Counted from the first letter of the stretch, positions 1 to 7,758 are shown. The stretch: 24,420 bases of DNA from a virus (IMGVR_UViG_3300017912_002838:1-24420), one strand, 5' to 3'. Notes: generated by a model from the letters alone, not told the origin. Numbers and translations: made by a program.

Positions 1-1
1 A

Positions 2-1273
2 CTTTGTGTCTGGTGCGTACACCATGCCCGCTTCGAAAAGCACCGATACAGAGTGCACGCGCGTCACCTTATCATTACCTTTACTCGGTGTAAAGTTAAC
101 AACAGGTATACCCATGTTCCGTAGTTCGTGGGTCAAGGGCAATCCTGTTGCTTTCGCTTCTATTATCACCGTGTCCGGCTCCCAGTACTTATATTGATCC
201 AACGCCACCTGCTTTAACTCAGGAAAGTCCCACCGCTCTTTCTGACTATCAAGAAGTATCAGGGCCGGGGGTCCACCTGCCTCCTCCGGATAAAATACAC
301 CCCATGTCGTTATCGCACTAAAGTCCGACGTCTCTCTCTTCGTAAACGCTGTATCGTAGCTCTGTATTACAAACTCAAGATTAGGCACGTTCTCTTTGTC
401 CCAACGCTTCCACCACTCTCTAGGTATAATCGCGTTCTCCTCACCCGTCGGATTCTGTTGATACTGCGCGTTCCATTTACTAGGTGGAATAGAGGCACGC
501 ACCGCTGTCAAATCATCGAGGCTCCAGAACTCCGGCCAACAGGGTGAGCCATCATCAAATATCGCCGGTAATTCTACAACCTCCCATTGGTCCGCTAACT
601 CATCTTTTGCCATTGCACGCAGCAACTGTCCCGTCATATCCTTCTCGGACCAACGGGTCTGGACCAACACAATACTGCCGCCCGGCTGTAGTCTCTGTCG
701 GGGGCCCCCAGTGTACCAGTCCCATGCATCATCAAAACCCGTGTTTGACATCGCTGTTTGCTCCGAGTGCGGGTCATCTATAATCACCAAGTCTCCACCA
801 CGACCGGCTAAGTTCGAACCAACCCCAACCGCATAATACATACCACCCGATGTCGTGTCCCACCGACCGGATGCTTTACTGTCAGCAGATAAATTAACAG
901 ATGGAAAGATATCTTTATAATCATCACTGTCTATAAGGTTCTTGGTCTTACGTCCAAAGTTTACCGCCAACTCCGTGGTGTGTGTCGCCTGAATAATCTT
1001 CATCTTAGGGTTCTTACCCATCATCCACGCCGGAAACAAAAAACTTGCAAACTCCGACTTTGTGTGCCGTGGGGCCATGTTAATTATCAAACGCTTCAGC
1101 TCACCGCGTGCCACACGCTCTAATTTCTCGGCAATAATCTTATGATGCCGACCCGCAATAAAATCCGGCCACATATTTTTTACAAAAACTAAAAAGTCCT
1201 CTTGACACTTCTCGTGCTTTTCTATCTGCGCTAATCTTAATTTAAGCTTGGCTTCCTGTTCTGAAACATCCAT
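2..1273 (-). CDS. terL: Terminase large subunit (runs off left edge, C-terminus truncated)
   Basis: Not in the ORF track. Manual translation from the ATG at 1273 (overlapping the upstream TGA): MDVSEQEAKLKLRLAQ...KRLIINMAPRHTKSEF (Walker A-like), DLVIIDDPHSE (Walker B), VLVQTRW, WNAQYQQNP, IQSYDTAF (nuclease Asp), IIEAKATG. Open to the window end. Confidence 0.95.
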   Translation of the reverse strand, partial: MDVSEQEAKLKLRLAQIEKHEKCQEDFLVFVKNMWPDFIAGRHHKIIAEKLERVARGELKRLIINMAPRHTKSEFASFLFPAWMMGKNPKMKIIQATHTTELAVNFGRKTKNLIDSDDYKDIFPSVNLSADSKASGRWDTTSGGMYYAVGVGSNLAGRGGDLVIIDDPHSEQTAMSNTGFDDAWDWYTGGPRQRLQPGGSIVLVQTRWSEKDMTGQLLRAMAKDELADQWEVVELPAIFDDGSPCWPEFWSLDDLTAVRASIPPSKWNAQYQQNPTGEENAIIPREWWKRWDKENVPNLEFVIQSYDTAFTKRETSDFSAITTWGVFYPEEAGGPPALILLDSQKERWDFPELKQVALDQYKYWEPDTVIIEAKATGLPLTHELRNMGIPVVNFTPSKGNDKVTRVHSVSVLFEAGMVYAPDTK

Positions 1274-1728
1274 CAGGGGGCCCCTACAATCTTAAAAAAC
1301 ATATCGTCCCAACGAAACGGCTGCATACAATGAAACTCCGGCTTCTTATCTTTTAACCCATCTAACTTCAAGTCTACTGCATCTTCGGCCTTAAACAAAA
1401 ACATCTCTGCTCTGTCCGCCGGTGTCGGCTGCTTCTTAATCAAAATCCAACACGACGCGTGCTTATGTTTCGTGAGCCACGATACCTGGGACGGGCGCAG
1501 ATCTACTTTGTTCGTTTTCGTAAATTTAAGCTCCACAAAATGAAAACAACCATGGGTATCACAGAGGAGGACGTCTGGGATTCCGGCTCCGACCCAGTTC
1601 TCAATTCGCGTTAGCGACAGCTTTCGACTTACTCTTTGCGCCGCTTCCTTTACTTGTTTGTAAAAGCCGCTCTCCTTCTTCACGGCTATCGTTATCTTCT
1701 GGGGTGATGTCGATTGTGACTGGGGCAT
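1273..1728 (-). CDS. VRR-NUC / PD-(D/E)xK nuclease (Holliday junction resolvase-like)
   Basis: RIENWVGAGIPDVL...FVELK...LRPSQVSW motif typical of phage VRR-NUC proteins. The true start may be the GTG at 1683 (KKESGFYKQVK). Confidence 0.85.
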   Translation of the reverse strand: MPQSQSTSPQKITIAVKKESGFYKQVKEAAQRVSRKLSLTRIENWVGAGIPDVLLCDTHGCFHFVELKFTKTNKVDLRPSQVSWLTKHKHASCWILIKKQPTPADRAEMFLFKAEDAVDLKLDGLKDKKPEFHCMQPFRWDDMFFKIVGAP

Positions 1729-2218
1729 AACTCTCCTTTATCTCTTTCAATGCTTTCATAACTTCTTCCTTAGACATACTGTCTATGCTCCCGGTTCGTA
1801 TCTCTGATTTATTTACGTATATATCACCCTGCGCCATGCCACGACGAAACTCTGCCTGCACCGCTGCGGAGTAGGCCCCATTTGCCAGAGCCTCGTCCCG
1901 TATCTTTTGTAAATCTCTAATGTGACGATGAAACGTAATACCATACTTCTCATCCAAAGCACGCCGATATTCTTTGATAGCATGAACAACATGGGGCGAT
2001 ACATTTGGGTTCGTTAACTCATACGCACGTGTATGTGCACTCGATACACCGTACCCTGCATTCTCTGCTGCCTCTCTCATGGTTATCTGGCCATCCTTAC
2101 TGACCAACTCCCGAACAAACAGCTCCTGTTTTCGTGTCAATGGTGTGTGAATAGTTGCGGGTTTTCGACCGCGTGTCTCGTAGCGTATACCCGCTTTTCC
2201 TAGTTTTTTCTTCGTCAT
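1601..2218 (-). CDS. terS: Terminase small subunit
   Basis: LTRKQELFVRELV...REAAENAGY...AYEL HTH of TerS, plus AYSAAVQAE and C-terminal IDSMSKEEV; next to terL. Start moved to MTKKK (2218), which has GAGGG upstream. Confidence 0.85.
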   Translation of the reverse strand: MTKKKLGKAGIRYETRGRKPATIHTPLTRKQELFVRELVSKDGQITMREAAENAGYGVSSAHTRAYELTNPNVSPHVVHAIKEYRRALDEKYGITFHRHIRDLQKIRDEALANGAYSAAVQAEFRRGMAQGDIYVNKSEIRTGSIDSMSKEEVMKALKEIKESYAPVTIDITPEDNDSREEGERLLQTSKGSGAKSKSKAVANAN

Positions 2219-2313
2219 TCTCGGCCCTCGGATAAGTGAACAATAAACAGGCATAATATGCACGGTTTTTAGGCAGTTAACAAGAATCTTTTTTTTGCAC
2301 AAATAATAGGCAT

Positions 2314-2329
2314 TGTTTCACGTGAAACA
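2314..2329. promoter_or_regulatory. parS: parS site (ParB-binding palindrome)
   Basis: TGTTTCACGTGAAACA: perfect 16-bp palindrome matching the bacterial chromosomal parS consensus; intergenic. Confidence 0.85.
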
Positions 2330-2399
2330 TTGGTACGATTTTTTACGTAATTATTCGTGAAAAACATGGCCCATGCAAGCGCAGCACAGCACCACGGCG

Positions 2400-2866
2400 T
2401 CCGCTCCTGGACCGATCAAATCGGCAGTTTTTTACCTTAAACTGACCCGATAACCGGGGGCCCCTGGGCGTATATACTAGACTCCAGGACCTGGAAACGC
2501 GTTCCCTGGTGCATGATCTAAAGCGCTGCGCTTTTACCTGGACCGGGCGTCCTGGACCTGGGGCAGCTGCTGCGCGTAAATCGGCAGCTGCTGCGCGTAA
2601 ACTGATCCTGAACTACTGCTCCAGGTTTCATTTCCTGCGCGTAATTATTAAAAGTTTAGCTGCGGTTTTTGCCTGGACCGGGTGAAAGTTTAGCTGCGGT
2701 TTTTGCCTGGTCCTGGTGCCATGTTTCGGGGTTTTCTGTCCAGGATCCGCGCGACCTGGTACGTTTGGAGCTGCTCGAGGGCCTCGGTCCTGGGCGTGTT
2801 TAACTGTTAAAAAGTCAAAAAAAAGGCCCGTGAAAACGGGCCTGATTTATTAAAAGTTTAACCTGG
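2400..2866. repeat. GC-rich non-coding repeat block (candidate genome end / packaging / entry region)
   Basis: GGCAGCTGCTGCGCGTAAA x2 (2562, 2583); AAAGTTTAGCTGCGGTTTTTGCCTGG x2 (~2651, ~2685); CCTGGACCG x3; 16 CCWGG by hand count; no ORF in the track. Confidence 0.75.
2817..2843 (-). terminator. Rho-independent terminator
   Basis: Minus strand AGGCCCGT-TTTC-ACGGGCCT followed by a T-run, just after the stop of 2868..3065. Confidence 0.85.
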
Positions 2867-2867
2867 T

Positions 2868-3065
2868 TTATGTATGCGTGTAACCATTGTCTTCAACTAC
2901 CAGGTATTGATTCCGCGCCTTAACCACTATAGCAGCGTCATCACCTAGGACCACATTACAAGAGTCTATAAACTCTCCAAGTGTACCAGGAAAAGATCCT
3001 TTACTAGATTCCTCCTCGTATAACTCTAAAAGTTTTTCTAGTTGTTTTATGCTCGGGTTTTTCAT
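2868..3065 (-). CDS. Hypothetical protein (65 aa)
   Basis: ATGA overlap with the upstream gene; followed by a terminator. Confidence 0.75.
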   Translation of the reverse strand: MKNPSIKQLEKLLELYEEESSKGSFPGTLGEFIDSCNVVLGDDAAIVVKARNQYLVVEDNGYTHT

Positions 3066-3880
3066 CGTGCAGCAGGCCTTCCAATATTTAAATTGACTAG
3101 GGTATATTCTCCGCTCTTAATTTTGGCCTCGGTTTCTTTCCTGGTTTCATTCAAAAAGAGTGCTCTATATTTAGAGGTAGTTTTTGAAAAATCCCAGTGT
3201 ATGCGGTCCAGGTAAGTCTTCCCATCTGGCGCCTGGTAAACTATGCGGTGTTTATAACTTTGAAAAGTTCGGCTGCCGTCTTTGGTCCTAATCTCGTACT
3301 GGTTAAGACCTGCGTTAACTTTAGCAACCCAGGGAAGATTTAAGGCCTCTTCAGGTGTTGCAGCAGCTGCGGCAGGTACTTGCACACTTAAAGATATATT
3401 ACCGGGTTTATTGCTGCTTAAAGTGGCCTCTTCAACCTGGCCTTTTGCAGCTGATTGCGATGAGTCCAAAAACTGCTCCAGGTTTTCTTCCAGGTTCTTC
3501 TTGTACCTGGTCGGCAATCCTACGGCCTTTTTATTCAGCTCCTGGTCCATCTTCGATTGATCGCCCCGAGGATTAAGAATTAAAGTTGTTTTGCCGTCTA
3601 CGCCTACAACCTGCACAAAAGGATCTTTAATAAGCTTTAAATAACCCTTGTCTTCATTGCCTGGTTTATCCCAGTAATGATTTAAAGTTTTTTCCCAGGT
3701 ATAAAGTCCGTGCAAGTTTCTGCCGTTATAAATAACAACTGTCTTTATATGGTCCGCTGTGTATCTCCTGGAAGATTTGCAGCGTGATATAATATGATCA
3801 GTAATAGCTGAGATAGATGGCAGCTGCGGAAGCAAGTGATGCCCGGTTGAGTTGGTTAATTCTAAATGTCCATGATACAT
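3062..3880 (-). CDS. Hypothetical early protein; C-terminal domain of a widespread small phage family (FQSY...WDFSKTTSKYR..FL.ET)
   Basis: 272-aa ORF with a GGAG RBS and its own promoter; C-terminal motif recognised from small phage proteins. Confidence 0.75.
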   Translation of the reverse strand: MYHGHLELTNSTGHHLLPQLPSISAITDHIISRCKSSRRYTADHIKTVVIYNGRNLHGLYTWEKTLNHYWDKPGNEDKGYLKLIKDPFVQVVGVDGKTTLILNPRGDQSKMDQELNKKAVGLPTRYKKNLEENLEQFLDSSQSAAKGQVEEATLSSNKPGNISLSVQVPAAAAATPEEALNLPWVAKVNAGLNQYEIRTKDGSRTFQSYKHRIVYQAPDGKTYLDRIHWDFSKTTSKYRALFLNETRKETEAKIKSGEYTLVNLNIGRPAAR

Positions 3881-3923
3881 TTAATATTCTCCGTTAGTTA
3901 GTTTATGCATTATTGCAATATTG

Positions 3924-3951
3924 ATTATAGGTTTTTACGGGATTTAATCAA
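3924..3951 (-). promoter_or_regulatory. Sigma70-type promoter
   Basis: TTGATT-16-TATAAT upstream of 3880. Confidence 0.65.
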
Positions 3952-3956
3952 CTAAT

Positions 3957-3985
3957 AAAAAAAAAGGCCCGAATAAACGGGCCTT
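3957..3985 (-). terminator. Rho-independent terminator
   Basis: AAGGCCCG-TTTATT-CGGGCCTT plus T-run; stem nearly identical to the terminator at 2817. Confidence 0.85.
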
Positions 3986-4009
3986 AATCTAGTTTATGTT
4001 TAGCAGCGT

Positions 4010-5203
4010 TTAAGCAGCAACTTTGTCTAGCAGCTGCCCGGCCTTCTTTTCAAGATCAAATCGGCTATCCTGGTGGGGAATGTCACGAGCTACGGCGGTT
4101 ATTGCTTGCGCTGCATCCCAGGCATTTCTTGCAGGGTGCTGCTCTTCCTCTTCATGCCTCTTCAATGCCTCTTGTGCCATTCTTTCAGATAAGCCTACTC
4201 TTTTTCTGAAATAATCAATCATTTCTTCATCAGTACTAGCAAGCGTTGTTTCTTTTGCTTTAGTAACGCCGTCAATTAATGCCTGGCTGTTGCCATTGCT
4301 ATAATCTTTTAACGCAGGTGCTGCTTGTTCAACAAATCGAGATAATGCAAACTTTGTATGATTAATTTTAATCTCTTGAAAATTTTCAACTCCCCATAAG
4401 CAGCGGTTCATGCAAATACCACGCAAATACATGGTGCCAAGTCTAAAAGATTTTGCCCCTACTTCTGAATTAGAAACATAAAAGCCTCTAAACATTAAAT
4501 CAGGATCTCCGTTTGGAAGCTTACCCACTTCGATAGGATTTAGATCGTCAACCATAAACAAAAATATATCTCTATCGGATGCAAATAAAGTTGTGCTGCT
4601 TTTTTTGTTTACTCCATAAAAAGGATCATATTCCCCGTTATTATTTAACGCTCCAGGTACCTTAAACTGCGTATTGTAAATAGCATCTTTAACGCATTGT
4701 GCTACATCATGGTCATAAATTCGCCCGTAGTCCTGGCCTGTAATAGCAGCTAGCGTACCATTAGTTGAAGAGTAAGGTTTAACAAACTGACTCTTTCTAT
4801 TGTTAGCTATGCCCCAGTAAACGCATTCAGCTGCGAGCGATGCAGGTATTTTTCTCATGTAGGAGGCAGGTGCTGATCCTAAAGTTGCAACCTGGTTAAA
4901 TCCCCAGTTAGTCGGCTCTGTCTGATGCCATTGTCCTGTTGTTTCGTCTTTAAACTCAACAAACATTTTTCCTTGCATCAAATTTGTTTCGCTATCCTGG
5001 CCGATAACTTTAAAGTTTTTTGAGTTAACATCAACTATACAATCTGACATAGTCCTGGACTTTTCTCTCTTGCTGCTGATTAAATCATCAAGAGAAATAA
5101 AGCGCTCATCTTCTGGTCTGTTGGCCCAGTTGTTAGCTACAATAGCGCCCTCTTTAGATATGCCTTTTTGAAAAGCTGCTGTTTTATATGTAAATGTTTC
5201 CAT
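4010..5203 (-). CDS. DUF932-like protein
   Basis: WANRPEDERFISL, PTNWGFNQ, TGQDYGRIYD, TTLFASDRDIFLF, DLMFRGFYVSNSEVG, YLRGICMNR..WG, AITAVAR: the pattern of the ~400-aa DUF932 proteins of alphaproteobacterial mobile elements. Confidence 0.8.
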   Translation of the reverse strand: METFTYKTAAFQKGISKEGAIVANNWANRPEDERFISLDDLISSKREKSRTMSDCIVDVNSKNFKVIGQDSETNLMQGKMFVEFKDETTGQWHQTEPTNWGFNQVATLGSAPASYMRKIPASLAAECVYWGIANNRKSQFVKPYSSTNGTLAAITGQDYGRIYDHDVAQCVKDAIYNTQFKVPGALNNNGEYDPFYGVNKKSSTTLFASDRDIFLFMVDDLNPIEVGKLPNGDPDLMFRGFYVSNSEVGAKSFRLGTMYLRGICMNRCLWGVENFQEIKINHTKFALSRFVEQAAPALKDYSNGNSQALIDGVTKAKETTLASTDEEMIDYFRKRVGLSERMAQEALKRHEEEEQHPARNAWDAAQAITAVARDIPHQDSRFDLEKKAGQLLDKVAA

Positions 5204-5224
5204 TTTTTTCTCCGTTAGTTAGTT

Positions 5225-5255
5225 AAAAAAAAACGGGCTGAATTTCAACCCGTTT
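5225..5255 (-). terminator. Terminator-like hairpin directly upstream of the DUF932 leader
   Basis: AAACGGGTTGA-AAT-TCAGCCCGTTT followed by a T-run on the minus strand. Confidence 0.7.
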
Positions 5256-5287
5256 AAAATATCTCATAATATCGCGTATTGTGCAAG

Positions 5288-5719
5288 CTATTTTTCTTTT
5301 GGCAGCTGAACAGCAAAATGTCTCTCTGCCAGGCCTATCAAAGTTAAGTCTTCAAAACCTGACTCTTTGTTCCTGGATAGGCCCCATAACCTAAGCTTTT
5401 TCTCTAAAATTTTTTTCTCAAGATCATATAAGTCTCTTAATAGCGCATTCGATTTGAGTTTATATTTATGGTCGCGATTTAGCACAGTTAATCTTTCCCC
5501 ACCATTCTCTTTTAAATCTGCAAAAAATTTACGAAGTTTTGCTAGTCGGGTAGTTTGTGTAAATTCTAAAATCCTGGCAGGAATAACGGCCTCTCGGTTG
5601 CAGGATCCGCAACATTGTCCGTCCGCAAGCGGTTGTGCATTTTCTCCCTGGTCCCAATACATAACGCCTTTTTGATTATACTTTTTTTCAATCTCGCCAC
5701 CACATAAAATACAATCCAT
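5288..5719 (-). CDS. Hypothetical protein with N-terminal Cys-rich (Zn-binding) domain
   Basis: CILC...GENAQPLADGQCCGSCN...VIPARI motif common in marine phage early proteins; GGAG RBS. Confidence 0.75.
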   Translation of the reverse strand: MDCILCGGEIEKKYNQKGVMYWDQGENAQPLADGQCCGSCNREAVIPARILEFTQTTRLAKLRKFFADLKENGGERLTVLNRDHKYKLKSNALLRDLYDLEKKILEKKLRLWGLSRNKESGFEDLTLIGLAERHFAVQLPKEK

Positions 5720-5748
5720 TTACTTCTCCATAGTTAGTTAAAAAATAA

Positions 5749-5777
5749 AAAGTATTCTGTATAAGTGATATTGTCAA
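5749..5777 (-). promoter_or_regulatory. Sigma70-type promoter
   Basis: TTGACA-17-TACTTT upstream of 5719. Confidence 0.55.
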
Positions 5778-6494
5778 CTATTCTTTTCCGATATCGCCTG
5801 CTATGTGGTGACGTAATATAGTTCCAGGACGTAGGCTCTTAACAAACTTTCTTAACTTTTGAGCATCCGTTTCTTTCTGCTCTTGCGCAGCAGTTTCATC
5901 CCACCAAATTCTGGTGTTTCCGCCGTCAGCATAGCATCCGCCTTTTTGATCCTGCTCTATTTTTTTCTTTTGATTACCATGCGCAGTAAACCCAATAACA
6001 TAGTTTCTGTGCTGCCTGGCGCATAGTGGTTTATCGTTTCCGCAGTTCATGCATGAAATTTTATCAGGATTTGTCTCTTCCGGGCATCGAACAATTTTTA
6101 TACCACGCTCTGTTTTAGTTTTCTTTCCCTGCCAGTAATCTTTTTTCACTACATAAACAGTAGGAATATTATTGTGTTTAAACTGGTGCTCAACAGCAGC
6201 AATAGAGTCCGCAGAATAATTTATAGTGGTGTATTGATCTAGCCTGTATTTATTTTTAAACCAAAAGTAAGGGTTAAAATGTGTGTATGTAAACGCCTCT
6301 CCATTTTCTGGTTTGCTCTCTGCTAAGGCGTCAAGATAATCGTGATCTATCTGTATCTGCTCGCAGCCTTTTCCGCTCGCATTTAGTTTGCAGCTAATTG
6401 GGCAGGTGCCAAATTTATTTTTAGTTCCTGACCTGTAGGTTATTGCCAGGCCTTTTGTTTTTTTTCCTCGTGAGGACTCTACTGTCTTTAACAT
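5778..6494 (-). CDS. Cys-rich phage protein (GP88-like, possibly Fe-S/metal binding)
   Basis: TCPISC, AFTYTH, TINYSAD, VRCP...SCMNCG...LC...IGFTAHG, GCYA, LRHHIAGD. Confidence 0.6.
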   Translation of the reverse strand: MLKTVESSRGKKTKGLAITYRSGTKNKFGTCPISCKLNASGKGCEQIQIDHDYLDALAESKPENGEAFTYTHFNPYFWFKNKYRLDQYTTINYSADSIAAVEHQFKHNNIPTVYVVKKDYWQGKKTKTERGIKIVRCPEETNPDKISCMNCGNDKPLCARQHRNYVIGFTAHGNQKKKIEQDQKGGCYADGGNTRIWWDETAAQEQKETDAQKLRKFVKSLRPGTILRHHIAGDIGKE

Positions 6495-6525
6495 TATTTA
6501 CTCCGTAGTTGTATGTGAATTTGTC

Positions 6526-6565
6526 AACTTATCACAAACAAAAAAGGCCGTCAAGATAACGGCCT
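6526..6565 (-). terminator. Terminator overlapping a promoter
   Basis: AGGCCGTT-ATCTT-GACGGCCT plus T-run (6540-6565). TTGACG(6549-6554)-17-TAAGTT(6526-6531) with extended TG begins inside the hairpin. Confidence 0.7.
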
Positions 6566-6571
6566 AATTTT

Positions 6572-6682
6572 TTACTTTCGTTTGTTATTGTTAAAATAAT
6601 TGTCGGCTCTTCTTCTTAAATTTCTGTGGTCGGGGCCGTACAATAATCTACTCAACCAATTCAATAAAAATATTTTTCTCAC
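6572..6682 (-). CDS. Small peptide (33-36 aa)
   Basis: (VRK)IFLLNWLSRLLYGPDHRNLRRRADNYFNNNKRK*; strong AAAGGAGGTGA; fills the gap before the terminator. Start ambiguous (GTG 6682 or ATA 6673). Confidence 0.5.
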   Translation of the reverse strand: MRKIFLLNWLSRLLYGPDHRNLRRRADNYFNNNKRK

Positions 6683-6688
6683 CTCCTT

Positions 6689-6883
6689 TCATAAATCAAT
6701 ATCTGCCCATTCAACATTTAACTCCTCTGCAATCACCATCCTAACGTTTACGTGACAATCATCACAAAGATAAATGTTAACCCATTTGTAAGTCCAATTA
6801 TCCTTGTCATATTGATCTTCGACCTGGACACTTGAACCACAACATCCACAAGTTATTGTTTCTTTTTGAATTGTTTTAGTCAT
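6689..6883 (-). CDS. Hypothetical small Zn-finger-like protein
   Basis: CGCC...CDDC; ATGA coupling to the upstream gene. Confidence 0.7.
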   Translation of the reverse strand: MTKTIQKETITCGCCGSSVQVEDQYDKDNWTYKWVNIYLCDDCHVNVRMVIAEELNVEWADIDL

Positions 6884-7275
6884 AGCTCCGTTTCTGACCC
6901 ATCAGGTTCCTGCACATGAAAGCCTAGTTCCCAGACAAAATCTCCTTTGGACATATGTTCTTCATACAATTTTATTGCCTCACTTTGATACTTAACTCTA
7001 AGTGCGTCCATACCATCTTCAGACATAGCCTCTGCCTCTTGAGGTGTTAATGTAGTTTCGACCGATACAAATTGGTCACATTTAAAATCAAGAAATACTT
7101 TAGCTCTTGTTGGTTGACGATTCTGCAAATCTTTCAACAAAAAAGATAATCTTTCTTTATCTTCTTTTAAAAGAGTCTCAGTTCGTGCTATTGAATTTCT
7201 CAAATCATCAATAGTGTCCTGTAAAAACTCTCTTGTTTTTTGCTGATTTATGTTTTTTCTTTCCCGTAAATCCAT
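6880..7275 (-). CDS. Hypothetical protein, N-terminal coiled coil
   Basis: 131-aa ORF with AAGGAG RBS and an upstream TTGACA promoter. Confidence 0.75.
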   Translation of the reverse strand: MDLRERKNINQQKTREFLQDTIDDLRNSIARTETLLKEDKERLSFLLKDLQNRQPTRAKVFLDFKCDQFVSVETTLTPQEAEAMSEDGMDALRVKYQSEAIKLYEEHMSKGDFVWELGFHVQEPDGSETEL

Positions 7276-7304
7276 AGTTTTCTCCTTAATAGTTAGTGTA
7301 TGTG

Positions 7305-7334
7305 ATGTTATAGGAGGTTGTATATAGGTGTCAA
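7305..7334 (-). promoter_or_regulatory. Sigma70-type promoter
   Basis: TTGACA-18-TAACAT (or -16-TATAAC). Confidence 0.6.
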
Positions 7335-7339
7335 CATAA

Positions 7340-7579
7340 ATAATTTAATCTCCTTATATATATGGCTGAAACAAAAAAAATAAAAAAGACCCACGGCCCC
7401 AATAAGACCTTTTGCTAAATAAGAGGTAACACTAGTATTCTGATAAGTGTTACTGTGGTGTTACCTATAATCTCTATATATATCAAAAGCTTACAAGCGT
7501 GGTAACGCGGTAACACCGGTAACTGGGAGTTATGAAAAAATATTTTTTTTTTGTCAGATATATATAATGTTACTGTTAC
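7340..7579. repeat. Iteron-like GGTAACAC/GTGTTAC cluster in an AT-rich gap (putative replication origin)
   Basis: GTAAC/GTTAC-cored units at 7425, 7447, 7458, 7501, 7509, 7518, 7568, 7574 in both orientations, with TATATA and A/T tracts. Confidence 0.6.
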
Positions 7580-7758
7580 AACAAATGCCAGTAGTTTCGG
7601 AAGCGACCATCTCCGAACTCAATTTGTTTCTTAAGCATTTGTTCCGCGTCTTTTCGATTATCGACCTTGTTTGTGATAGGGTGGCCCGCTCCCTCTATAT
7701 AGTAGCGGACCTTTTTGTCAGGCCCGACTACTTCTTTGATGACGAATGCGTCAGCCAA
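7576..7758 (-). CDS. Hypothetical protein (60 aa)
   Basis: AAGGA upstream; overlaps the previous gene in an operon. Confidence 0.65.
   Translation of the reverse strand: MADAFVIKEVVGPDKKVRYYIEGAGHPITNKVDNRKDAEQMLKKQIEFGDGRFRNYWHLL

Noticed and set aside
700-709. GGGGGCCCCC run as a regulatory site
   Set aside because: Explained by Gly-Gly-Pro codons in a conserved TerL motif.
6-783. Plus-strand ORFs 6..197 and 544..783
   Set aside because: Antisense shadows of terL.
2219-2302. N-terminal extension of TerS in the ORF track
   Set aside because: No RBS at 2302; a better start with GAGGG exists at 2218.
2562-2710. Direct repeats as a CRISPR array
   Set aside because: Only two copies of each, spacers of 2-8 bp, no cas genes.
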